Source of the DNA: Octopus bimaculoides
Taxonomy: Eukaryota
Reading direction: 5' to 3'
Length of the DNA: 64,000 nucleotides
Assembly: GCF_001194135.2 (NCBI RefSeq)
Contig: NC_068999.1
Coordinates: 52,202,959-52,266,958 of the forward strand
This document shows, in pieces, positions 35,401 through 48,300 of the stretch (the stretch's first letter is position 1; every line of letters starts with the position of its first letter). The translations under genes were made by a program, and so were the position numbers. The notes beneath the pieces were generated by a model that had not been told where the DNA came from, searched no databases, and was given only the letters and a program-made list of their open reading frames with translations.

Positions 35401-38400
35401 AAGGCCTGTGATAAAGAATATTGCCGTTTAGGTTGCATCTGTGATAACAATGAAAATACGAAGTTGAAAGTAGACTGTGCTAAACCTTGTTGTGAGTTGA
35501 CCTGTTGCTGTGATTCCCCCACTAAGAACTTGCCAACCGAGTCCAATAAATCAAGCCCCCCTAAAAATTTAGATTGCAACAAGACCGATACTGCCAAGAG
35601 TCCATTGACATCACCTGTATCTAACGAGTGTGTCGATGAAAATTCTTGTTCTTCTGTGCAAGACAAAGACAAGCTAACTTCTGCTGACGATACACCGTCG
35701 AACAAAGAGGATACCAATTCCAACAAAAGCAAACTTCCCAAGAAGGACAAATATGCTTCGCTTCCCAGACGGCAAATGACTCATCGAACAGCCAAGAATT
35801 TAGATGCTATCAGCAGAAAAGCAATGATGTTTTATGAAACAAGTGAAATGTATCATTTGAAAAAAAAGAGGAATGTTAGTATCTTCCTGAATTTCTTTCC
35901 ATCTATTCTTTCAATTTCCTCTGTTGGAATTTGAAACACTTAAAGGGTTGTTATTAAGTTTACTAGGGTTGAGCTAAGCAATTCATTTGTAACTATTTCA
36001 CTTTGTATCACTATTTCTTTCACATCATTCCTTTTAGAAATCTGAAAAATTTGTGTCACCGTCTTTATCATCATTGTTTTAACATCCACTCATCCATGTT
36101 TGTATGGGTAGGACAATTACCAAATCATATCCTATAACATTTATCAATGTGCTAATATTGACAAATTGTTTAGCCTTTTAGCTTGGGTCATTCACTCCTT
36201 AGAGTTTGCTGTTTTTAAAAAAACATAATTGCTAATTGAAATATGATGTTATTTAAATGCTATATTGAGTGACAATACATTTGGTCTCTTTTTCTCATAT
36301 TTATATCATATGACATCATTATAATAGATCAACATTATTCATAATTTAGCTTTCAAATCAGAGGGGTTTGAGCCCTGTGGTCTTTTAAAATTACTTAATG
36401 TTACTTCAGTAAGGAAATCTTGGCACTTTTATAAACATAAACTGTATTTGAACTCCCATATTTATCATCATCATCATTTGATGTCCATGTTCCAAGCTGG
36501 CATGGGTTGGATAGTTTGCCAAGGATCCAGTGAGCTAAGGACTGCATCATACTCCAGTGTCTGCTTTGGAATGGTTTCTACGGTTGGATGTCCTTCCTTG
36601 TGCCAATCACTTTACAGAGTGGACTGCGGGCTCTTTCCATGCCACTATTGAGGTCATTATGCAGCTCACAAGTCAACAAACCCAGAAAGGGAGTATGTTG
36701 CCTCACTTTATGGTAGATGGGGGTTAAAAGTGTGAAGGAAGAGGGTTAGAATAGAGCAGGTTCTTGCTGTAGAGGAGCTACATGGCTACTCACATTTAGG
36801 AAAGTGAGTGAGAATGAATTAGAAGTATCTCCAAAGAGGTAGACAGTAGTGATGAGATGTCCCGTTGGCGGGTAGAGGGAAATGGAGGTTTGAAAGAGTG
36901 TGTGGTGGGGAAGAGGAGATAGGCAACATCTGTAAAGATTGAGGGGACGGGGTGCATGAGTTGGAGAGGTTACAGGGATACTAGGAAAATGGTAGGAATG
37001 GTAGCTTGACAGTGGCGAGAAGAGAAAAGAGAGCTATATATTGTGTTTGTGTAGGCTGCTGGTGCAGACTAGAGAGTGCCAAGATTAGATAGACGAAGTA
37101 CCTGACATGTCAATTTTTCAGTTATGTTGTGGCTGTTCAACTTAAATGGACCATTTAAAAATATGTTAAACTTAAATCATTGAGTAGAAACAAATGGCTA
37201 GTAGAAAAAGCACCAAACTTTGGTTTCATTTGCTGCTCTGCATATTAATTCTTCTTTCCTAACAAAACAGCTATTTCCTTGAACAGCGACAGGTATGTTA
37301 AGTAATAAACTAGGTTTTCAACTGTGTTCTCATATACAATTAGAATGTATTTTAATTTTCCTAATTCACTTGGCAAAGACATGTACATTACATTATATCT
37401 CTCTTTCAACTAGAAACCATGGGGTTCTTACCTACATAAAAAATAATTAACTTTGCCAGAATGATTTTCCTTTCCTTACTTGGCTTATTTTTATCAAGTT
37501 ATATTGAATATGACATTATTATTCAATATATTTGTAAATAATATCATTCAGTTTACTGCATAATAAACATAATGTCATTATTTAATTGGTGGACCAAGCA
37601 TTTCTTGGTAACCCTAATACATGGCTTCCATTCCTCTCTGTCTTTCAGGATGGCACATTTAAGCTCTTGAATAGTGCATCCTATGTCTTTTAGTATTCTC
37701 TACCCTGTTTACCACGACAAGGTTTCCACAGAAAAATATTACCAAGCACTAACAAATAAATCTTAGTCGGTGTTTTTGTACTGTCTCCGTGATAGTCACG
37801 TGTTTAGGGTAAATATAAATAAAATGAAATATATTAATTACTGTCTCCATGATAGTCACGTGTTTAGGGTAAATATAAATAAAATGAAATATATTAAATA
37901 CTGTCTCCGTGATAGTCACGTGTTTAGGGTAAATATAAATAAAATGAAATATATTGAATACTGTCTCCGTGATAGTCACGTGTTTATGGTAAATATAAAT
38001 AAAATGAAATATATTAAATACTGTCTCCGTGATAGTCACGTGTTTAGGGTAAATATAAATAAAATGAAATATATTGAATACTGTCTCGTCACATATTGAA
38101 TGTATAAAAATTGATTTTAAAAGAATATTTACCCTTCACATTAATTAATTACATAATATTTAATGACCAGAGGTAGAGAAAGAAGGCAATAGGAGTTATT
38201 TTTGCCATTCACAAATATATTCGCTGTGTTAAGTGAAATGGCAATGACAAACATCAAACCGAGATCATGCAATCAATTTGTGAGGAACTCACCACCTTTG
38301 TTTAGTGAATAAAGCATTATTAGATATCTTGAATAAAACGAGTGTTAATATATTGGATAAAGCATCAGATATGGTATTGGATATGATATGAAATATAGTA

Positions 38401-38742
38401 TTACTAAACATGTTGCATAGAGAATCATAAAAATATATTGGATATCTCAACTCTAAATAATATATAAAATAAAGTATTATATCACCATAAACATTTAGAA
38501 TTCTCATTCAACTTTAAATCTGCTGAATTTAGAAGTCTTTTATCATTGGTATTTATCTTGGCTCTTTACATTTTTGAATCTATCTACAATGTACATTGTA
38601 CGTTGTCTTTCTCCAGTCTTCTGTGGCATGTTATCTTCTTTTTTAAATGCATGAAATGTGTCAATTCGTCTGCATGAATTAGTATGCTAGCATGGTATTT
38701 TGAGAGTTAGGAGTTATATTCATTAGGCATTAGGACTGTTTT

Positions 38743-38776
<34 letters not shown>

Positions 38777-41700
38777 TCACACAAAGCAGTGTTGAATAAA
38801 ATACATGCTTGTACAATGATATTTATTTACCTCATTTGTGTACATTCAAAAGTGGGAAGAAACCTCGTGTCCCATAAATAGCTACGAGACAAATTTCTCC
38901 TCTTAGAAAACATGTCTGTACATACATTAAGGTTGTCTATGAGGAGAAATTCCATTTAAGACTAGAGACTTTTCTCGGTGAAAGGTCTTCCTACATTGGA
39001 ATGTACATGAATGTATAAGATATCACTATTTGTGCACGCGCGCACACACACACTTTATTTGTGGCTTAAGGCTACCATTGTTTTTATGGTAAGGAAGCCC
39101 TTAACAATTATCGTACCTATTACATTGAACATCAGTGTTTGTCTTGATTTCTGATTAAAGCACCAAGACTTGATAAGTGTTAAAGGCTTTCATAACATGA
39201 AACCAATGGTAGCCTGAATCAACAAACCTTTATCCACCAATGCTGTGTTGAGCACTCATTCTTATTGTTCAATATGTATAGTGTGTGTTTGTGTATGTAT
39301 ATAAAGCACAGTAATCTCAATCATGTAGCATCTTCTACTCAAATCTTTTAAGTACTTGTTCTTAACTACCATGTAAATAGCTTGTGATTCAACTTTGAGT
39401 AAAATAAAAGTGACAACCGTAATTTGTGTTGCATTACAAACATGTTTTTACTTTTCTTGTGAATAACAGTTTACACTTTTAAACAGCAGTAAAACAATTT
39501 GTGTGCTGGTTTACTCTTAAGAGATCCAATAAGTCAGCAACTAGCTGTACTCATGCACATTATTGTGCTAAAGTTTGAAGTGGCTGATGACACCTCCAAA
39601 AGGTTGGAACAGCTAGCGTGCCGACAATATCTTACTTGGATTGTTAAAATTGTAGCTTACTGTGCCTTATGTATATGTGTGCTAATGTATTGATTGACAA
39701 ATAGTTTATACAGTTTTCAGAAAGTTCTTAAAGTTCTTTTCCCTCATCTCAAACTTCTTTTTTCTTTCTTTTTTTCTTTTCTTTTTTTTTATGCTTTTGT
39801 TTTCTGAAACCAGCAATCTTCATTGCGCTCGCATGTTGCTGGATCCAGGAGAAAGTTTTCTTGTAAGAGCACAAAGTCAGTGCAAGGCAAGGTAATGGAA
39901 TGGTTAATTTACATAGATACACTAGCTGTGTTTACTGAGGGGTAACAACACAAACATTTTTTTCTTTTTTTTTTTTTGCCACCTACCTATCATATAAAGA
40001 AAAATTAGTTTAAAATACTGTCATAGCAAATCACATAGTTTACAACATACATAACATCCAATGTTTAAACAGTTTTGTATACCAGAACAACATAATGACC
40101 TTCAGATAATTAAGAGTTACAAAATTACAAGAACAATTTTACTTAATCACTAATATAAAGATGTAATTTGATTTCAAAATAAATAATCTTAAGCCCATAA
40201 TACCATCTTGTTCTCAAAATGAATTTCAACAGCCTGAGTTAAAGCAGCTTAGTTTCTCTAAGCTAGTGATTCTCAATCATCAGTGTCCTTATGGCCCTTG
40301 GGGGTCCATATAAGATTTTGTTGTTAAAATTTAAGTGCACCTTGTAAAGAGCATGCACTAGGCTCAGTGGATTAGGATGCTTAAATTCAGCTTAAGACTA
40401 TGTATATATCACTCAGTAAGACACTTGGTGATGATTGAACAGCAAACCAATTGAAATCTAGTTTAGATATAAATATTGTAATAAGATTTTTGGGTGAGAG
40501 TTTTATGAAATCCACATAGATTAATTTACTGTAGGTTGATACAAATGAAATAATTCATACATCTGCTTGTGTGTGTGTGTGTAATTTTAAGAGTTTGCAT
40601 ATATGTATGAATATGGATGTTATAATATTTGGATGCCAGTTTTACAAACAAAATGAAGGACACTGAATATGTCAAGTAAAGATTATTATCACCAACTCCT
40701 ACATTTTCTATTTCATGAGATTTTTGTGTCAAAGAGACTTTAAAAAAAATGCTTTAACATCCAGCTGGGTTCATTGTTTATAGGAAGAGCATTGTGTGTG
40801 TGTGTGTGTGTATATGAACTAGTCAGTGTTGTGTTAGCTTGCATCCTGATATACAGTATATATAAATCCCACTTAGTGCCCTGATAAAGGTAATAGAAGA
40901 CAAAATCAAACTTCTGTGGTGTATCCACCCTTGAATCAGTGTATGACAAGAAAGCTCTCAGTGTAAAGGTGCTTGCTTTTATTTGTATCACTTATGTATG
41001 TTTGTATGCACATATTACTACTCTGCTGTCTGGGGTAGGGGTATGGTTCTCCCCAGCTATATATTTTTTCTTCAGTGTGTATGGACGTGGGTAGTAGTTA
41101 TCTTTATATATCTCTTCAGAGTGTATGATAATGGGTGAATCTCCCTGTTTCTATATCTTTATTCAGGGCATATGCTTGCATGTAAACAAGGAATAACAAA
41201 TAATATCATTAATTTCATGAAGCATTATTTTTCATCGTTTGACAATTCTATATTGGTAACTTTTCCACTTCTTGCTTCAGGCTTCTGGCAGTGAGAAGGA
41301 GAATTCCAAATCTTCAACACCATTTAAACGGTATACCAATTATTTATCCTCCCAACTGCAAATACTTGTCACTTGTTCTGATAACCTTTCTACAGTAACG
41401 AAGCTACTGACGATGTTGTACTGCAATGTCAGTTAATTTGCTGATTAATATATTTCAATGGTGGTTTTTTGTTGCAACTGTCTTGAGTTGCTTCAGAATT
41501 CACTTTGGCTTTTTTTTTAATATGCATCAATTAACTCTGTTGTTGAAGGGTTTCTGAAATTGATTTGGTTTCTAATCTACCCTTAATGGGAGAAACATGA
41601 TGACACTTAGCGCTAGAGGAAGCCTCTTCCGGTGTAAGATGGTGAGGCAGAGCTTTTACATATAGACTTAGAAACATTGAAAGGTTCTGTATATAAGACA

Positions 41701-42307
41701 TTCCTGTTCTTATAAGATGGCCAGCTTGCTGATTTTGAATCAACATAGATTGTTCAGAAGTTTTTCGCCCATGGCCAGCTTCTTTTGTAGCTATACTTTT
41801 CAAAAACATGTACCTATTTTAAAAATAAATGCTAAAAAGTTTGTTGAAGTAGATTTAACTACTTCATTTATCAGATCAAGTGACTACATAGAATCACTCT
41901 TGTTAACTTGAACCTCTTATCCTTAGAAACTCACAATGAAATTTGTTTTCTTAACCAGTTTTGCTTTCAAAATACCTAGACTTGAATCTAATGGTCTTAT
42001 TTTGATGAGCATTGTGATGAATAGAGCAAAACAAGACTGTCTTTGCTTACTTTAATTATTCAATAGATCACAGACATTGCAGAAATGCCTTCCATTCTCA
42101 TCTGCAGAGAATAAATCTATAGCCTGAGATGGCTGGATTAAAAGAATTAGGAAGCAATATTTATCAAATGGTGTTGTCACTATTCTATGTTGCTGTTCAT
42201 AAAAAATAAATGTAGTCGACTATTATCAGAAATGACTTAAATTTTCCTTTCCACTGACTTTTATGTTTTGAGGGTAGGGGACAAGTGTAGTGACTCAATG
42301 TCCAGGT

Positions 42308-42348
<41 letters not shown>

Positions 42349-45300
42349 GTCACTGTTCCCTTTCCCCCTCCAACATACAACTGGTACGCTATCCCAGTTG
42401 GATGTACAGTGAACTCTGACAAGACTTAAACTCATCACCATCATCATCATTGACATATCATTGTGACCATCACCATTTCATTTATTGTTTGTTTTTCCAT
42501 GCTTACATGGCTTAGATAGGTTTGCCTGGTCACAACTGCCATCATAGCAACACTTCTGAGCTATGGTGACATTTTGTGAGTGAGCCAGTGCTTGTGTAAC
42601 TGACAACCTTCCACAAACACCAACCACAGAATGTGAAGACTTCACACCATAAAATAGTAAGTTCAGAATTATAATACCACTCAGCTACCTTTTTTTTCTC
42701 GTTTTAAACTTCATTTTCTGTTAACAATGTGTGTTGGTTTTTTTTTTTTTATAATGTTTAGTGTCAGCTAAGAACAATGGTGAGTGTGTGATGGGATGTA
42801 AACTGTGCTATTCATAGCTTCTAGACAGTTCTCTAAGTGTCAGTGCCTGATGGGATGTAAGACTGTCACTGTTGTGGTTATTATGTGATGAGATATAAGC
42901 ACTATGTCACAGATACCTACTGTACTGGTCTGCAGTGGTCAATATAGAATGGTATGGCTACTTTATTGTTGGTTATTTCTTAAAAATCTGTTGCACTCTA
43001 AACATACCTATATATATTTCTTTTTCTGTTTGTTTATTTCTGTTCTTAGAACGTATTCTCTTCGAGGAAGCAGCAGCAGACATCTGAGTACTGAAAATAG
43101 TGAGAGATCAAGTGAGCACTCTGGCCACACATCAGATCCTTATGCATACCCAGGCCAGAGTATAGAAAACTGTGTTGTTGAAATTGACCAAGTTAATGGT
43201 AATAAGCACTGTAAGCAGTTTGGTGTTGTGACAAGAAAAATGGTACCCAAGGAAGATACAGAAAATTATGTACGTCATCTGTTCACTTCTTCTTTCATGT
43301 CTCTAAGTTCAGTAAAATAACATCCAACTAAAATACCTCAATGTGGTTGCTTGACGATCACCAAAGAGGATTTAAACTGGCCATGTCCAGCTTCAATATT
43401 CTATTTGTTTTGTGTTCAAACCAACCAGACCTGGCTTCTCACAGTAATGTCATTTTAAAAAACTAAACGATCATATCATTGAAATCTCAAAACTATGAGA
43501 TGATACATGGATTCAAAACAATGTGAATAAATAAGCATTTCATTTGATTGAGAAATCTGAATGCTAGAGGGTCAAACAGCAGAGGACTCGGAATGAAGCC
43601 CAGTATATACTACTTGCAGACATCACCTCTTCATTGGTTACACATATCTCACAAGACATTTATGTATCTGTAGTTTACTTAGCAGCCACCAGACTCTGGA
43701 ATGAGGATCTGTCAAACGGTTAAAAATACTATGTAGAGTGGTTTACTCTTAGCTAAATATCTCTGCTTATTTAAAAAAGAGAGCATCACTGGTTCCCTAT
43801 CCAAACATGAAGCACCTTACATTTAACAGGGTAATCTGAATACTAAAGGGTTAATCACTTGAGATGCTAACTATGATTCTAAAGGTACTTGACATAACTG
43901 AGGTGGATCCTCTATTTAACAAAAAAGCTAATACAGTGTTTATATGGTAATTAGAAATGCTTCTAATCAGGTTGATATTCTGCCCAATTTTCTTAGAGAA
44001 TTAACTATATTCAGATCAATGACAACCACTAGAATTTTATGTATTAAAAAATTTATTATTTTTTATGGTTTTAGAATGTTGGGAATAAAGAATTACAGCA
44101 AAATGCTAAGGAAACAAGCATAGCGAAAAGATTACGTATGACCAGTAGAAAGCCCGTTTATCACAAAAGTTGGTCTCTCAGATCAAAACAAGTAAAACTG
44201 CTAGACGCACGTACCCAGTCAATGAGACGGAGTAATCAAGAAATGAAGGAAGGAGCATACATTACTCAGTCTGGCTGGCTGCTAAGGTCAAAAGAGAGAT
44301 TAGCAAAGACAGTGAAGAAAGAACCAGTCCAGGAATTACCTGTTAGAAGGTGCCATACTCGATTGTCTGAAGCAGGAAATGAGGTAATTCAATTTTTATG
44401 TTTGTCACATCTTACACATTTTAATTTAGTAGTAATAGTAGTAGTAGTAGTAGTATATCTATTTTGTAGTTTTATATCAATATGTTCATTATTTTGTACT
44501 TTGCTTTCTCCATGCTGGCGTGAACCAGGTGAGAATACCTAAGTCAGTATGGCCAGTGCTCTGTTCTTTTTCTCTTTCTTTCACTGGCTTTTGTGTAGGC
44601 GCCTAGCCTAGTGGTTAAGGTGTTGCAGTCTTGATCGCCTGAATTGTGGCTTGGTTCCTCGACTGGGCAGCGTTATTTTGTCCTTGAGCAAAATACTTCA
44701 TTTCATGTTGTTCTAGTGCTGTGTGGGAACCGGCATGCTAAAGAATAGACCCAGTGTTTCTTTTGTGTGTCTTGAAAGGTGACTGAAAGAGGTTGAGGTA
44801 AGATTTGCGCTCTGACCTCATAACACCCTCACCAGCAACAACCTACCCAAAAGAGACCCGTGGGTCGTCACCTAAGTGGTGCAAAGGTGCCATCTGCTGG
44901 GAGTAGTAGGGAATTACCAACAAATGCTGGATGCAGTGACATGCTGTGACAACACATACCACCATACTACTACTGCTACTAATGGTCTCCACATGTCACA
45001 AAACTAGGACATTATTTTATCATCATTGTTTAACATCCGCTCTCCATGCTGGCATGGGTTGGATGGTTTGACATGAAGCTGGCGAGCAGGGAGCTGTCCA
45101 GACTCCAACAATCTGTTATGGCATTGTTTCTGAGGTTGGGTACCCTTCCTAATACCAACCACTTGAGTGTGCTGGGTGCTTTTTAAGTGACATTGGCACT
45201 TGAATGGACAAGCCTGTATGTGAGGAAGAGAGAGATTTTACTTAGCTTGACATGCCTTATCAAGTACAGTAAATTGCCATGAGACACAAACAAGGTCGCT

Positions 45301-48300
45301 GCTTTTACGCTCAGTGATTGATTGTTTGAAGACACCTGGAAACATAGAAACACACATAGACATACAAGTACCCACAACAGGCATGAGGCATTTTGGTATA
45401 GGTGTTTTGGTGCCACTGATTTGACACTGACATATTTAGCATCAAAAGCTTTATTTCCAGGACATTTTGGCACTGTAGCAAACTCTACTCCCAACTCCTG
45501 CTTCTTTGGCAATACCCTACTATCTATATTATGGCCTGCATACCTTGATAGTTTACTCTGGCACTTGCTCTCAACTATCTCTTTCTTCTTTTATTCTTCC
45601 ATCCCATTTATATTCTGATCCCTGTTCCTTTGTGTACGCCCTAACACTTCAACACCATCTCTATCTTGCACTCTTGCTGTCTTTATCTCTCTCTCTCTCC
45701 TCCCACCTTTCTCTCTCACTATTCCCTCTCGCTGGGTAACCATCTCATTCTTGATTCCTCTCTCCGGCCAGGTAACCATGTACCTCCTCTACAGCAAGAC
45801 ACCTGATTCTGCCTCTCTGTCACGCTCTAACCTTTCATCATCTGGCTCAAGATCACTTCCTCCAATGCCCTCTCCTCTTTCAATGGATCTTTGGTAACCC
45901 TGCCAGTGCTGGTGCCCCGTAAAAAGCATCCAGTCCACACTGTAAAGTGGTTGGCATTTGGAAGGGCATCCAGGTATAACTGAGCTTGTGTGTGCTGGTG
46001 CCATGTAAAAAGCACTCAGTCCACACTGTTGGGTGGTTGGTGTTAGGAAGGGCATCCAGCCATAAAAACCATCCCAAAACAGACTCAGAAGTCTGGTGCA
46101 GTCTCCCACCAGGCCAGCTCCTGTCAAACCATCCGACCCATGCCAGCATGGAAGGCAGACGTTAAACGATGATGATGATGTGTGTGTCTTTGTGTCTGTG
46201 TTTGTCTCCCACCACTGCTTGACAACTGGTGTTGGTTTTTGTTCTGCATCAGATCACTACCCCTGGCTGGAGAATCCATAATTTTTCCACCTTTTTAATG
46301 ACTGATTCCTCGCCACATAGATGGGATCTTTCAGTTCTGTTTTCTCTCACTGTTATCAGCTAACCATTGTTAAGGTTGTGTTTGCACACATTTTGACGTC
46401 TTAAATAAGGAAATAACCTTGTTTAATTTAGTCCTAGTTACACAGTATTAAAAAAAACTATATATTCATGTTCTTTTAATCATCAGCTTGTTCAATCTGG
46501 GGTTGATAGTAGATACAGTAAGTTAGGGCATTGAAATTATGACAGTATTGATGCATGTATTTTTATATAGGAAAGGGACAGATAGCATAAAGGTCAGACA
46601 CCTTAGAGATCAGGAGTGTCTGTAGTAGATTAAATCTTCAGAGAGGAATAATGTTATATCAGTAACGATATATGATGTGTGTGTGTAATAATATATCACA
46701 GTACCAAATATAGCTGTATGACAATAAGCAATGTAACAAGAGTTGGTTATCTTATAACCGTTCAGGCATTAACAATCCAATACTCCAGTGTAGAATTAAT
46801 AATGAGACTAACGTCCTCAGAGTTTGACCTCAACTGTCTCATCTCTTTATAAGACTCTTCCAGTTCATTGACAGTCACGTGCAGTGGGGGTGTCAGTTCA
46901 CTCCACAACAAATAGTTTGATTGGTAAATAGTTTAGTGTTGATACATTCAGTATCAATACTAAACTTTTGATTATAGTATAATTTTGCAATATTTTAGTA
47001 GATATTTAATGAAGTGATCACATTTGGTGAAGATCTCTGATCTGACATTGTCTGCAGATTTCTAAAAGTTTATTAAGTATGAGTCTATTTTTTGTTACAC
47101 ATAGCCCACATTTTGTATTATTTCTCTATGGAATGTATATTTTGGAATCTCCCACTTGATTTTGAATGTGGATACTATGTTCTTGAAAGCACCAGATGTA
47201 ATTTGATAGTTGTGTTGCATTCTTATTATATTATTTCTGAAGGAAAATGTAATCAAAGTGTTTATTCTTGATGTTTAGGTTTGGTTTAGTTTGTGGAGGT
47301 GTCTTCTTCTTAGATAAATCTTTGAGTGTTCCATGATTGTTTAAGGAAACATGTATTTGTATTTCGGGACATGTGCATTTAGCATTGGTTTATATATTTA
47401 GTTTATGTTGGTGGAACAGCTGTTACCCACTTAAATGTTATTACTAGTAGATGGATATTTGTATTGTTGGTTGATAGAGAAGTGCTTATTTTATTTAGGC
47501 TAGGAAATTTCTAGCAATGTTAGACTGGACATTTAAGGAGACAGAAGGTGTGAACCAGATAAGATCGTAATAATTTTTTACCATTGCATAGCAGAAGGTT
47601 AGCAACATATGTGATCTTACCTAAGTCCACTTTGTATCGTTGTAGCTGAGGGCTACATTATCATAGATATCTTATGATATTATTAATCAGGTTTTGGTAA
47701 ATAATGGGTGGATGGTAGAAATCTATATTAACATGTTTTTTATTAGGTATGTTATATGGTTTGTATTCTATCTATGGTTATGTATATGAAACTATATTTT
47801 TATACTAATAGATATCATTTGATATGTTTCACTCAACTATGTTGTGAGAACTCTGATCAATGAGTTTGTGTAAATACCTATTATCTGATATATATATGTG
47901 TGTGTGTGTGCCATTGTCATGTTAAAAGTACTCAACACTCACTGTAAAGTTGGTGTTTGGAAAGGCATCCAGCCATAGAAACCAAACAGATCAGACTGGA
48001 AGCTGGTGCAGCTCCCTGGCTTGCTAGCTTTAGTCAAACTGTCTGATCCATGCCAGCATGAAAAACAAACATTAAAGGAGTTTGATGGTGGTGATGATGA
48101 TATGTATGTAGGTGTATGGTGCAGGCATGGCTGTGTGGCTTAAGAAATTTGCTTTTGCAGCCACATAGTTATGAGTTCAATCTTGCTGTTTGGCATCTTT
48201 GTCTTCTTCTGTCATTGGTCAATGTCTTGTGAGTGGTAAATGGAGTGGTAAATGGAAACTCCGTGTGTGTGTGTGACTGGTTGCATTTTGCAATGTCTTT

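Noticed and set aside
37649-37720. Acceptor-like ctctgtctttcag with a downstream aag|gtttcc
   Set aside because: Stops in all three frames and a weak donor; weaker than the 23406 cassette.
37749-38099. ORFs on both strands over the 60-bp minisatellite
   Set aside because: A unit length divisible by 3 propagates stop-free frames; there are no flanking splice sites in phase. The direct repeats lack unique spacers, so this is not a CRISPR-like array either.
46400-46990. Search for a hammerhead ribozyme beside the Penelope-like remnant (CTGATGA/CTGAGGA on the - strand; 15-bp hairpin at 46931-46965)
   Set aside because: No GAAA core follows at a stem-II distance; the hairpin alone is not diagnostic.
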